From contig JBCCQY010000117.1 in assembly GCA_039208735.1 (NCBI GenBank), forward strand, positions 1 through 28,483: a stretch of DNA of 28,483 bases. The letters run 5' to 3'. The DNA comes from Myxococcota bacterium. Its GTDB lineage: Bacteria; Myxococcota_A; UBA796; GCA-2862545. Both the position numbers and the translations under genes were made by a program. Position 1 is the first letter of the stretch, and each line of letters starts with the position of its first letter. The notes under the pieces are model-generated. The model made no database searches. It saw only the letters and a program-made list of their open reading frames with translations, and had not been told where the DNA came from. Shown one piece after another: positions 1 to 10,555 of the stretch.

Positions 1-569
1 ACCCCCGCGAGATTAACGATGAAGACCCCAACAAGGGCATCGAAGCGGCCAAGGCACGTCTCGAAGCCGAGGGGCTCGCCGTGACCGATGAGTCGATCTT
101 CATCGCTTCTGCACTTCTCGACAAGGGCATCGCGTTCCTCAAGGGTGAAGGTCCGTTGGGGGTTCGCTACAAGTCTTCAGAGACCGGTGTCGCTCCAACC
201 GAAACCTCAGATCGCTTCACGGTGACGGTGCGCGGGCGGAGCTACGAGGTCCAACTCGACGGCGATGATGCCGTGATCGATGGCGTCCGCTACCCCTTCG
301 CAGTCGCCATTCCGGGGTCTAAGGCATCCGGCAGGGGTGCCGCCCCCGGAGGCGCACAACACGAGGTCCGCTCCGAGCTTCCGGCTAAGGTGCTTCGGGT
401 CCTCGTCAAAGAAGGCGACACGGTGAAAGCGGGGCAGGCGTTGCTCGTGCTCGAAGCCCTCAAAATGGAGATCGAGATTGCTTCGCCAGCCGACGGACGG
501 GTGACCAGCATCGCCGTCGCCGCAGGCAGTCAAGTTGCGGCTGGGGCCCTGCTCGCGGCGGTGGCGTGA
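1..569 (+). CDS. oadA: Biotin-dependent carboxyltransferase/decarboxylase alpha subunit (OadA/PycB-like), 5'-truncated; C-terminal biotinyl domain
   Basis: The frame is open from the window start ([20 protein letters not shown]...). An Ala/Gly/Pro linker precedes the biotinyl domain [25 protein letters not shown]. The stop overlaps the beta-subunit start (TGATG). Confidence 0.75.
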   Translation, partial: PREINDEDPNKGIEAAKARLEAEGLAVTDESIFIASALLDKGIAFLKGEGPLGVRYKSSETGVAPTETSDRFTVTVRGRSYEVQLDGDDAVIDGVRYPFAVAIPGSKASGRGAAPGGAQHEVRSELPAKVLRVLVKEGDTVKAGQALLVLEALKMEIEIASPADGRVTSIAVAAGSQVAAGALLAAVA

Positions 570-1705
570 TGAACTTCGGGTTCGACCAGGTGCTGCTGTC
601 GACCGGCTTGGCCCAAATGACCGCGGGTCAGGGCATCATGGCCGTAGTCTGCCTCGTGCTCCTCTGGCTCGCCATCGTGCGCGAGTTCGAGCCGTTGCTT
701 TTGGTCCCCATCGGGTTTGGGGGCCTTCTCGCCAACGTCCCTGGGGCCGGCATTGCCGACCCCGACGGATTCCTTGGCATTCTCTACGGTCTTGGAGTTT
801 CCAATGGCCTATTTCCCCTGCTGATCTTCGTGGGCGTGGGGTCGTTGACCGACTTCGGACCGTTGCTGGCCAACCCCAAGACGGCCCTGCTCGGAGCCGC
901 AGCGCAGTTTGGCATCTTCGCGACCCTGATCGGAGCCCTCGCCCTTTCCGAAGCGTCCGCCTCGATTTCCTTCACGCTACAAGACGCGGCGGCGATCGGC
1001 ATCATCGGCGGGGCGGATGGCCCGACCGCCATCTTTCTCGCGTCGCGGCTGTCGCCCGAACGGTTGGGTGCCATCGCGATCGCGGCCTACTCATACATGG
1101 CGTTAGTCCCTATCATTCAGCCGCCCATCATGCGTTTGCTGACCACGAAGCAGGAGCGCCAAATCGTCATGAAGCAGCTGCGACCGGTCTCCAAGACCGA
1201 ACGCATCCTGTTTCCTCTCGTGGTGTTTGGAACGTGCTTCTTGCTGCTGCCGGATGCCACACCCCTCGTCGGCGCGGTCACCCTCGGCAACCTTCTCACT
1301 GAAAGTGGGGTGACCGGGCGACTCGCCAACGCAGCTCGCAACGAACTCATCAACGTAGTGACGCTGCTCCTGGGGCTTGCGGTCGGGTCCAAGCTCGAGG
1401 CCGACAAGTTCCTGCAGGCAGAGACCCTCGGCATTTTGGCGCTTGGGCTTGTGGCCTTCGCAATTGGCACGGCGAGCGGCGTCCTTCTCGCCAAGGCGAT
1501 GAACGCAACGAGCACCCAGCGCGTCAATCCGCTCATTGGCGCGGCTGGCGTGAGTGCGGTGCCCATGGCGGCGCGTGTCGTGAACAAGGTCGGCCAGGAC
1601 GACGACCCCACCAACCTGCTCCTCATGCATGCGATGGGACCCAACGTGGCCGGCGTCCTGGGCTCAGCTGTCGCGGCGGGCGTGCTGCTCGCGTTGGTGG
1701 GCTGA
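569..1705 (+). CDS. oadB: Na+-translocating decarboxylase beta subunit (OadB/MmdB/GcdB family)
   Basis: Polytopic membrane protein with the family motifs [52 protein letters not shown] and [14 protein letters not shown]. Confidence 0.93.
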   Translation: MNFGFDQVLLSTGLAQMTAGQGIMAVVCLVLLWLAIVREFEPLLLVPIGFGGLLANVPGAGIADPDGFLGILYGLGVSNGLFPLLIFVGVGSLTDFGPLLANPKTALLGAAAQFGIFATLIGALALSEASASISFTLQDAAAIGIIGGADGPTAIFLASRLSPERLGAIAIAAYSYMALVPIIQPPIMRLLTTKQERQIVMKQLRPVSKTERILFPLVVFGTCFLLLPDATPLVGAVTLGNLLTESGVTGRLANAARNELINVVTLLLGLAVGSKLEADKFLQAETLGILALGLVAFAIGTASGVLLAKAMNATSTQRVNPLIGAAGVSAVPMAARVVNKVGQDDDPTNLLLMHAMGPNVAGVLGSAVAAGVLLALVG

Positions 1706-1835
1706 ACGCTCCGACGAGGATTGGAAGGCGGGGGCGCACAGAGAACGGCGCTGCCAGATTTCACGCCGGCACTTCGCGCATCCGATCGACGTTGAACCTT
1801 GCCAACTCGCCACGACATTCAACGACACGGAGCGT

Positions 1836-2345
1836 CTACTGGGCCAGCTGCTGTTCGATCGCGCCGTGCCATTCGGACCGATGACGTCCAATCCAATCGT
1901 TCGCAATGTCCACGACGAGGCCTTTGACAACGTCGAGGTTGACACAAAGGCTCATTTTGGAGCGTAGTCCTTCGATATCCGCGACGCTGCTCACGATCTT
2001 TGGTGTGGTCGAGGTGCCGGTGACGTCGAGGCGAGTCACGACGGGAGCCCGGCTTAGGCTGACCTGGCAGGCCGTACTCATGCCGTAAAGTGCCACTTGG
2101 ACCTGACCCCGAAGGTCGACGTCGCCCGCGGCGCGCAGCTGGCACACACCGTTTCGGATGGAAGCCGTGATGTTGTCGAAACGGACCTTCGCCTTTTCGA
2201 CCTTGATGTTCGCCGAAGCAAACGCGTGGTCAACACCCGCCAGCGACTGTGCTTGCTCCGCAAGCTTTGCCCGCCACTGATCGCACAGTCCGGCGGACGG
2301 ACCGGCCACTGCCTCCGTCGCTGCCCATGCCCAAATCCACACCAT
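1836..2345 (-). CDS. Hypothetical secreted protein (~169 aa, 4 Cys)
   Basis: ATG at 2345 gives a short signal-like N-terminus (MVWIWAWAATEAVA). It lies 38 bp downstream of DDAH on the same strand. No family recognised. Confidence 0.6.
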   Translation of the reverse strand: MVWIWAWAATEAVAGPSAGLCDQWRAKLAEQAQSLAGVDHAFASANIKVEKAKVRFDNITASIRNGVCQLRAAGDVDLRGQVQVALYGMSTACQVSLSRAPVVTRLDVTGTSTTPKIVSSVADIEGLRSKMSLCVNLDVVKGLVVDIANDWIGRHRSEWHGAIEQQLAQ

Positions 2346-2382
2346 GCTCAACCCCCGGTCGCTGCGAAAACGCGCACGAGGG

Positions 2383-3135
2383 CTACGGTATTCCGTCCAG
2401 CAGAACGGACAGGCATGACAACGAACCATCGGCCTTGCGAAACTCACTGATGCCGACCTCGATGACCTCGAGACGCCGTTCCTCGAGCGCCTGGCGCGTC
2501 ACCGGATGGCCGGCGAGGGCGAGCACCGCGGAGCCCAGCGGCACGACGTTGGCGGCGGCCGCTTCGTCGGGGGGCACGACCACCACGTCGCACCCTCCAA
2601 ACATTGCAGGATCGAGCGTATTCGCAGCGACGAGCACGAGCCTTGGGGTGGCGGCGCTCGCGACCGACTTGAGGTGCAAACCCGAAACCGGCACGGGATG
2701 GACCGGCAGACCGGACCATGCGGCAAACCTGGCGATGCCCTCCCCGTTGGTCCGGCCACTTCGACCCACGTAGGCGGCATCGCCGGCAATCAGGACATCT
2801 CCGCCGTCAAGCGTGGCAGGGGCCTCCATCGTCGTCACATCGAGTCCCTGCGAACGAAGCCACGCCTCGACGGGGCCCGACTCCCCCCGTCGATCCGGAT
2901 GCCCCGGGCGGGTGACCAGGGCTCGGCCACCGTAAATCACCGCCTGATCCTCGATGAATGGACAGTCCGGCTGGGTTTCATCGGGGGGAAGCACCCGAAC
3001 GTCGAGGCCGGCTCCCTCGAGGGCCGCGATGTAGCGAGCATGCTGCTTTCGCGCCTTTGAAAGGTAGATTCGCCGCGGCTCTTGGGCCAGTGCGTTGACG
3101 AAGCTATCCGGTACGTCGCGGACGAGGGCGATCAT
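2383..3135 (-). CDS. ddaH: Dimethylarginine dimethylaminohydrolase / amidinotransferase-family (pentein) enzyme
   Basis: Motifs PDCPFIED, LDGGDV, LHLKS and the C-terminal catalytic GSLSCLS. The start overlaps the upstream stop (TGATG); GTG at 3138 is an alternative. Confidence 0.85.
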   Translation of the reverse strand: MIALVRDVPDSFVNALAQEPRRIYLSKARKQHARYIAALEGAGLDVRVLPPDETQPDCPFIEDQAVIYGGRALVTRPGHPDRRGESGPVEAWLRSQGLDVTTMEAPATLDGGDVLIAGDAAYVGRSGRTNGEGIARFAAWSGLPVHPVPVSGLHLKSVASAATPRLVLVAANTLDPAMFGGCDVVVVPPDEAAAANVVPLGSAVLALAGHPVTRQALEERRLEVIEVGISEFRKADGSLSCLSVLLDGIP

Positions 3136-4400
3136 CACCCAGCCGGAGTGGAATCGCAGAGATCTCCAATGCCATCGCCATCGGCGTCCGATTGGCTTGG
3201 CAACGGCATGCCGTCCGGCGAAAGCGATACGTCGAGGTCGGTGACTGGCGCCCCAAGGTCATCGAGGAACCGGACGAAGAGGCCCCAGCCACCTCCGTTG
3301 TCGCGAACTTTGATGGTCAGCCGATTCACTCCTTCGATGAGCGATACGGGAGCCTGAAACTGGTCGCGAACCGTGCCCTGGCAACTTGCCACCTCGAGGA
3401 CGACCTGACCCTCGAGCCACGCGCGAACGCCATCGTCCGCCCCCACGGACAACGTGAGGTCACGGGCGCGATCCGAAATCACCTGGGTGTGGACGTACAC
3501 CACGCGCGGCGCCGGCTCAAACCCGAAGGTTCCGTTGAAGCTCAACCGGTCGTTGTCGGTGAGGAAGGGGTTCCAGGCTAGCTCACCGTCCGGCTGACCA
3601 AGCGTTGGCGCCAACCCTGCATCGCCACCCTCGCGTTCGTCGAACGAAGGAAGACAGTCTTCAGGGCTTTCGATCTCCGCGATGGGTCCAATGGCGAGCC
3701 ACTGCTGGAGGAACCCCTCGGCGTTGGGCGAAAATGACGACGTCGTCGGTCCATTGGGCAGCGTCGGGCAGTTGTCGGCCTCGTCGAGCACACCGTCACC
3801 GTCTCGATCGTCATCGCAACGATCCGGCGCCCCGTCATCGTCGAGGTCGTTCTCGCCACCAGACCCCAGATCGGTCGAGGGTACGGTCTCGATGTCAAGG
3901 GTGTACCCCGGAATGGGATTGCCCAGGAGGGAGCTTGCGCAGACCGCTGCAGTGGGGCCGACCATGAATCGGGCGCCCGGAGCGATGGAGGGGTCGATCA
4001 CGGAGCAGCCGTCGAGACCCTCAGTTCCCGTCGCGACCTGCACACCGTCAGGATCGTGCAAAGCCAGCACGACCCCCCTGGGGCACTCCCCGATCAGTTG
4101 AGCCCGGACGGCTCCACACGACTCAACGTCGAATGACACGCAATCGACGTCGCCTTCTGGAAGAGACCCCACGAAGGGAGCTCCCGGCCAGGCCGTTGCT
4201 TCATTCCACGCGTCGTTCGGCTCTTCTTCGACCGGCCCGTCCTCAACGATACAGCTCGGAGTGCAGCCGTCGGCGAACCAGGCGTTCCCGTCGTCACAGG
4301 CCTCAGTGGCGCCTACGATCCCGTCGCCGCAGACGTCGGTGACCTCAGGCCCGGAGTTGCCACCACAAGCCACGAAGGCGGTGAGGCACAGGAAGTTCAC
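3135..4400 (-). CDS. Multidomain lipoprotein: myxobacterial Cys-rich repeat, EPND/PPC-like domain, TSP type-3 Ca-binding repeats, PA14-like beta-sandwich
   Basis: Lipobox FVAC; CGDGIVGATEACDDGN...DGCTPSC; EEEPND; DxDxDG repeats; ADDGVRAWLEG...GVNRLTIKV...GGWG. GTG at 4400 is preferred; ATGs at 4421 and 4433 are alternatives. Confidence 0.75.
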   Translation of the reverse strand: MNFLCLTAFVACGGNSGPEVTDVCGDGIVGATEACDDGNAWFADGCTPSCIVEDGPVEEEPNDAWNEATAWPGAPFVGSLPEGDVDCVSFDVESCGAVRAQLIGECPRGVVLALHDPDGVQVATGTEGLDGCSVIDPSIAPGARFMVGPTAAVCASSLLGNPIPGYTLDIETVPSTDLGSGGENDLDDDGAPDRCDDDRDGDGVLDEADNCPTLPNGPTTSSFSPNAEGFLQQWLAIGPIAEIESPEDCLPSFDEREGGDAGLAPTLGQPDGELAWNPFLTDNDRLSFNGTFGFEPAPRVVYVHTQVISDRARDLTLSVGADDGVRAWLEGQVVLEVASCQGTVRDQFQAPVSLIEGVNRLTIKVRDNGGGWGLFVRFLDDLGAPVTDLDVSLSPDGMPLPSQSDADGDGIGDLCDSTPAG

Positions 4401-4419
4401 GAAAGGTACAATGCGCGAC
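4401..4419. promoter_or_regulatory. Putative bidirectional -10 promoter for two leaderless mRNAs
   Basis: Plus strand: TACAAT (4407-4412), 7 nt, ATG at 4420. Minus strand: CATTGT (4413-4408), 7 nt, GTG at 4400. Confidence 0.55.
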
Positions 4420-6108
4420 ATGATTTGGCTCATTTCGTTGGCAGTGGCATCCGAGGTCGCATTCTACCCGGGGCGAGGCGACACGCAGATCACCCTTCCC
4501 GACACATCGCTGTTGACCGGGCGCCTCATCGCGCACATCGACGATGTGGAGGCCCTTCGATCGCACCCCGACATTGCAGAGGTACAGATCCTCGCGGGTT
4601 CAGGCCACGTGGTGTCGGTCGTGCCTGCGAATGGGGTGTCGTCGGTCGAACTTGCGAACGCGCTGCACGATGACCCCGGGGTCGACTGGGCCCATCCCGA
4701 CTTGCGGCTGCCTTTGGTGGCTCATCGGGTTCCCAACGACCCTTTGCTCGAAACGCAGTGGCACCTCATCAACGAGGGGCAACGCGGCTACGTCCCTGGG
4801 GTCGACATCAACGCGACGGAAGCCTGGGACATCACGACCGGTGAAGGCATGTTGATCGCCGTCCTCGATTCGGGCACGGACATCGACCATCCCGACCTGC
4901 CCGTGATCGATGGTCGGGACTACGTCGACAACGATCCAAGTTCCGACCCAGACAACCGTGACAACCACGGTACGGCCGTCGCCGGACTCATCGCCTCACG
5001 GGGGGACAACGGCATCGGAACCGCCGGCGTCGCCTTCGACGCCGAGGTGTACGGGATTCGCATCCTCGCCGAGGGAGATGGCGATGCCACGACCCAAGGC
5101 ATCTACGAAGCGTTCGTCGAAGCGGTCGACGCGGGCGCCCACGTTGTCAACAATTCGTGGGGAAGCTCGCTCGGCTGCCAGGGCTTCAGCATCATGGGAG
5201 CGTTGCAGGAAGCCTTCGACTACGTCGAGAGTGAAGGCCGCGATGGACTGGGCACGGTCAACATCTTCGCCGCGGGCAATTCGTCCTGCGACATCACCAA
5301 CGATGGGATCCTCGCTCACCCTGCGGTCTTCGGAGTGGCCGCCGTGACGGGGCTCGACCGGCGCGCCAACTACAGCAACGTTGGACCGTGGGTAGACATC
5401 TCGGGCCCCTCCAACAACATCGCGACCACGGACCTCGTGGGCGACGGAAACAGCAACGCCAACATCGGCGGCGACCCGGACTACACGCCCAACTTCGGAG
5501 GTACCAGCGCGGCAGCCCCGCAAGTCGCGGGAGTAGCGGCGCTGATGATCGCGGCCAACCCTCGCATCTCCGCCGCCGAAGTTCGCCAAGTGCTCTGCGA
5601 CACCGCCGTGCGAATCGACATCGATGGCGGGTTCTACAACGAACTGGGATGGAGTCCGCTGTATGGCTGCGGGCGGGTCGACGCCGGTGCCGCGGTACGG
5701 GCCGTCAAGAACCTCGGCGGCCCAGATGCTCCGGTCATTCCCGAGACCGCGACGACCACCCCCGATTCGGTGGTGCTCAGCTGGCCCGTACCCATCGATC
5801 CGGACGACGACCTGCTGCAGTACCGAGTGCGCTGGGCCTGGTCAACGTCGCCCAAAGACGAGTTCGTTGAGCTGCTCGATGAGCCTCGCATCGACATCAC
5901 CGAGTTGAATGGAGGGGTTCAGGGGGAGGTGCTCTGGCGAGTGCGCGCGCTCGATCCGTGGGGCCCGAGCGATTGGTCGGCCACTCAGACGCTTACGGTG
6001 GCTATCGAAGAAGAGACCGGGGGCTGTCGTCATGGCGCGGGCTATGGCGGAGCCAGCACCTTGGGCGTGCTGCTTGGCCTTGGGCTTCGACGACGCCGCG
6101 AGAGCTAA
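4420..6108 (+). CDS. S8 (subtilisin/kexin-like) serine protease with FN3-like domain and MYXO-CTERM sorting tail
   Basis: Catalytic triad motifs AVLDSG, HGTAVAG and GTSAAAP; oxyanion motif AAGN. C-terminus is GGC...LGVLLGLGLRRRR. Confidence 0.9.
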   Translation: MIWLISLAVASEVAFYPGRGDTQITLPDTSLLTGRLIAHIDDVEALRSHPDIAEVQILAGSGHVVSVVPANGVSSVELANALHDDPGVDWAHPDLRLPLVAHRVPNDPLLETQWHLINEGQRGYVPGVDINATEAWDITTGEGMLIAVLDSGTDIDHPDLPVIDGRDYVDNDPSSDPDNRDNHGTAVAGLIASRGDNGIGTAGVAFDAEVYGIRILAEGDGDATTQGIYEAFVEAVDAGAHVVNNSWGSSLGCQGFSIMGALQEAFDYVESEGRDGLGTVNIFAAGNSSCDITNDGILAHPAVFGVAAVTGLDRRANYSNVGPWVDISGPSNNIATTDLVGDGNSNANIGGDPDYTPNFGGTSAAAPQVAGVAALMIAANPRISAAEVRQVLCDTAVRIDIDGGFYNELGWSPLYGCGRVDAGAAVRAVKNLGGPDAPVIPETATTTPDSVVLSWPVPIDPDDDLLQYRVRWAWSTSPKDEFVELLDEPRIDITELNGGVQGEVLWRVRALDPWGPSDWSATQTLTVAIEEETGGCRHGAGYGGASTLGVLLGLGLRRRRES

Positions 6109-6938
6109 TCCTCGAGCCCCATTCGCTGCAGCCGAGCCTGAATGGCGGTCATGACCGTGTCCCAACTCTCGCCGAGCGTCGATCGGTCGAACACCTCATG
6201 GCTCCAAGCACCATCGGGCCGTTCGGGCAGCGTTCGCCACTCCACGTCCAATGCATGCTGCTCGAAGAACGCTCTGACCCGACGAGCCGACACCACACCA
6301 TCGCGCTGTCGCATGAGCACGGTCACTCGCCCACGAAGCGCTTGCAGGCCTGCGGAGTCCATGGCCTCAAACGTCTGTTGCGCCTGCTCTCCGGTGTACA
6401 GCGCATTCGCCGCAATGGCGTCGTTGGCCCGATAGGGGGCTCGGACCGCAGAGGGCCGCCACGCCCACCCCTCCAGTCCGAATGGCTTCATCAACGCATA
6501 GTTCAGACGACATAGCGCCCGGGTTAGCGGCGTCATGGCCACCGCAGGCGCTAGTCCCACGACGCCCTGAAAGGGGCTGGCTTCGGCTTGGGCGGCAAGC
6601 GTCGCGGCGCCTCCGATGGAGTAGCCCACTCCCAACCGCGGCTGCTGCGGCCACCGGCGGGCAAGGACCGATGCGGCTTCACGGACTTCTCGAGTCCACC
6701 GCCCAAAATCCGCGTGTGCCGAAAGTTCTCCGGGTACCGCACGCCGGGTTTGCGGATCGATGCGATGGCCCGACAGTTGGAGGCCGAAGGCGAGGACCTG
6801 AGGCTCGACGAGCGCCTCGCCAAGATCTGCGAAGATCGCAGCAACGTTGGTGTTGAGGCCATGCACGGCCAAGGCCACGGCTCGGGGATTGGAGACCTCG
6901 TTCAACGCCACCCAATGCGGTTCACCGTCTTCGGCCAT
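6105..6938 (-). CDS. Alpha/beta hydrolase (lysophospholipase/S33-like)
   Basis: VHGL oxyanion motif, nucleophile elbow GYSIGG, Asp in RDGVV, His in SHEVF; GGAGG RBS. Confidence 0.8.
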   Translation of the reverse strand: MAEDGEPHWVALNEVSNPRAVALAVHGLNTNVAAIFADLGEALVEPQVLAFGLQLSGHRIDPQTRRAVPGELSAHADFGRWTREVREAASVLARRWPQQPRLGVGYSIGGAATLAAQAEASPFQGVVGLAPAVAMTPLTRALCRLNYALMKPFGLEGWAWRPSAVRAPYRANDAIAANALYTGEQAQQTFEAMDSAGLQALRGRVTVLMRQRDGVVSARRVRAFFEQHALDVEWRTLPERPDGAWSHEVFDRSTLGESWDTVMTAIQARLQRMGLED

Positions 6939-6964
6939 CGATTGCCCTCCCAGCGGGCATTCGA

Positions 6965-7630
6965 CTATCGAGCGATCGTCTCGACCACGACATCGAGGGT
7001 CAAATCGGTGTGGGCACAGTCCGCCCAGTCATCATCTCCGAAGGTCACGATGCGAACATCGAGCCCATCGACCCAGTCGAGCGAGGTCGCGATCGACGCC
7101 ATGGTCTCGGGATCGATGCGCACATCCAGCGTCCCGACCTCCTCGGTACGGGGGACCTCACATCGCCCCTCGCCAAGACACCGGTAGTCCGCGTACCGGT
7201 CCGAGAACGGGCGCCCTGCGATGTCCTCCCAGTCGAAGCGAGGCAAGCCATCCCGTTCGGGATGCTCATCGAGGGCCAAGCCCGATCCTCCGCTCACCAC
7301 TACGATGTCGTCGATCAAGATCGCCAGATGGTCGTCGAACGAAACCGGTCCGTCCTTCGAGACCAGCGAGAGTCCGCACAACGTGTCGGGGGGGGGCAGC
7401 GACACAAAGCGAGCCTCATCGGCACGAGCTTGAATGTGCTCGTTGCGTCGTTCGAGATTTCCATCCTCGGAAAACGAACAGCCCTCACGAGCTTCGAAGG
7501 TCAACGCTTGGCGTTCGGTCGACGCATCCTCGCAACTACTGGCCCTTGGCGCACGCGGCGCATCGACATCGACCCGCAGTGCGGTCTCGTTGCCGCATCC
7601 AAGAACGAGGAACAGAGCAAAGGCTCGCAT
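6965..7630 (-). CDS. Hypothetical lipoprotein
   Basis: Signal/lipobox MRAFALFLVLGC; acidic, Cys-containing mature part; no family recognised. Confidence 0.7.
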   Translation of the reverse strand: MRAFALFLVLGCGNETALRVDVDAPRAPRASSCEDASTERQALTFEAREGCSFSEDGNLERRNEHIQARADEARFVSLPPPDTLCGLSLVSKDGPVSFDDHLAILIDDIVVVSGGSGLALDEHPERDGLPRFDWEDIAGRPFSDRYADYRCLGEGRCEVPRTEEVGTLDVRIDPETMASIATSLDWVDGLDVRIVTFGDDDWADCAHTDLTLDVVVETIAR

Positions 7631-7693
7631 GACCTACCCGGGACAGAAGGGTTCGCTTGGTCATGTACCGGGGGCCACGGATCTGACGTCCCC

Positions 7694-7729
7694 AAAACGA
7701 AGACGAGCAGGCGTGGATGCCTGCTCGTC
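7694..7729 (-). terminator. Intrinsic terminator downstream of tRNA-Leu
   Basis: Perfect 11-bp stem GACGAGCAGGC/GCCTGCTCGTC (7702-7729), followed on the minus strand by TTCGTTTT. Confidence 0.7.
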
Positions 7730-7755
7730 GTTCGATGTCACTGGACCGAAGCCAG

Positions 7756-7839
<84 letters not shown>

Positions 7840-7887
7840 GATGGGCTTCAGCTATCCATGGACCCTGATGGCGTCAACCACCGGTGG

Positions 7888-8223
7888 TCATTCTTCCCCT
7901 TCTGGAACCACGACGGCGTCTTCGTCCAGTTCCTGGGCCGCTTCTTCGATCGCCTCATCGACGTTGCTGCCAGCCCGCATGCTGCGGTCCGAGTACAGCG
8001 CGAGCGTCACGGACGTCGCCATGAACAGCACGGCTACGACGGTGGTGGCCTGTTGCAAGAGGTTCGTCGGTCCTCGTGGTCCAAACACCGTTGACCCACC
8101 GCCGCCGCCCCCAAAGGCCGCACCCACATCGCCGCCCTTACCAGGCTGGAGGATGATGATGAGGATCAAGAAGAGGCACAGCATCACGTGCAGTGCCACC
8201 ACGAACATGTACCAACCACCCAT
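7888..8223 (-). CDS. secG: Preprotein translocase subunit SecG
   Basis: Two TM helices flanking ILQPGKGGDVGAAFGG...STVFG; AAAGGA RBS before ATG 8223. Confidence 0.92.
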   Translation of the reverse strand: MGGWYMFVVALHVMLCLFLILIIILQPGKGGDVGAAFGGGGGGSTVFGPRGPTNLLQQATTVVAVLFMATSVTLALYSDRSMRAGSNVDEAIEEAAQELDEDAVVVPEGEE

Positions 8224-8236
8224 CGTTGTCGTCCTT

Positions 8237-8734
8237 TCAGCCCGAAGAGGGCATCCCCGTGATGTCCAGATTGTTCGCGTCCGTTTCCTGCGGGCGATGG
8301 AGCTCGGGGCAATTGGGCGTCGTGCATTCGGCGTAGATTTCGTGGCGGTGTGAAACCACCTTGAATCCGTGCTGACGCGCCAGCTCCTCCTGCAGTTGCT
8401 CGATCCGCTCGTCCTCGTATTCCACGATGCGGCCACACGTCACGCAGATCAGGTGATCGTGGTGCTCTCCCTCGTGAGTGGGCTCGTAACGTACATTGCC
8501 CTCAGCGAACTTGTGTTCGGCCGCGAGTCCACATTCAGCAAGAAGCTTCATCGTGCGGTACACCGTGGCGTAGCCAACCGAAGCGTGCTTCGCTTTGGCC
8601 AAATCCAGGAGTTCCGGCAATGACAAGTGACCGTCGGCGTCGAAGAACACCTCGGCAATCGCCTCACGCTGGCGCGTGTAGCGGAGCCCTTGTTCGGTCA
8701 GATAAGATTTGAAAGTTTCGAGGTGGTCGGCCAT
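8237..8734 (-). CDS. fur: Fur-family transcriptional regulator
   Basis: [29 protein letters not shown] and a C-terminal Cys pair; GGAGGT RBS. Confidence 0.9.
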   Translation of the reverse strand: MADHLETFKSYLTEQGLRYTRQREAIAEVFFDADGHLSLPELLDLAKAKHASVGYATVYRTMKLLAECGLAAEHKFAEGNVRYEPTHEGEHHDHLICVTCGRIVEYEDERIEQLQEELARQHGFKVVSHRHEIYAECTTPNCPELHRPQETDANNLDITGMPSSG

Positions 8735-8834
8735 TTCGACGTTGACCTCCGCCAAGGTCCGTAACTGGCCGTACTGCAACCCGCCCGGCACATCTGTTCA
8801 AATGCACAGGCGAGAGGCATCCTGCCGTTCAGGA

Positions 8835-9479
8835 TCACTCCTTCGGAGTGTCTTCGTCTGCCGGCGAATCTTCGGCCGTAGCTTCTTCAGATTCATCGTC
8901 AACAACAACACCCTCGACCAGTTCCTCGGCGGCCGGTGGCTCGACGAGTTCGGTCGGCGCATCCTCGACCGCAGCGAAGGAATCATCCGCCTCAGGGGCC
9001 GTCTCGACCGGGGCTTCCGGTGCGGCGGGCGCGGCTTCGTTCTTCGCCTTGGGGTCGTAGTCTTCGGTGACCAGCTGGATGACGGCCATACGGGCATTGT
9101 CGCCTGGCCGGGGGCGCGACAGCTTGAGCACGCGCGTGTAGCCTCCAGGGCGCGTGCGGTACCGATCCGCATAGTCGCCCATAATGCGCTTCACGACGTC
9201 GCCGTCCATGACCACCTGCCGGATCCGACGAATGGCGGCCACACGGTGAGCCTTCGCCTTCGCGAGGTCATCCCCCGTCATCCCTTCGAGGTCCGCCAAA
9301 CTCGGAGCCCGCTTGCTGATCGTGATCAGCCGCTCTGCGTGCTTCCGCAGCTCCTTCGCGCGGGCCTCGGTGGTCCGGATCTGACCGTGCTCCATCAGCG
9401 AGGTGACCATGTTCCGGAACATGGCCTTCCGCGCCGAGCTGTCCATTCCAAGCTTTCGCCCGCCCTTACGGTGACGCAT
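8835..9479 (-). CDS. rplQ: 50S ribosomal protein L17 (internal insertion and long acidic tail)
   Basis: [44 protein letters not shown]. Confidence 0.97.
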   Translation of the reverse strand: MRHRKGGRKLGMDSSARKAMFRNMVTSLMEHGQIRTTEARAKELRKHAERLITISKRAPSLADLEGMTGDDLAKAKAHRVAAIRRIRQVVMDGDVVKRIMGDYADRYRTRPGGYTRVLKLSRPRPGDNARMAVIQLVTEDYDPKAKNEAAPAAPEAPVETAPEADDSFAAVEDAPTELVEPPAAEELVEGVVVDDESEEATAEDSPADEDTPKE

Positions 9480-9541
9480 CTCGTCTCTCCCGAAGACGAA
9501 GCCGCCCGGGTCCAAGGTGGGCGGACGGCTTCCTCTTCACG

Positions 9542-10555
<1,014 letters not shown>

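Noticed and set aside
6105..6108. 4-bp overlap of convergent stop codons (CTAA)
   Set aside because: Common in compact genomes.
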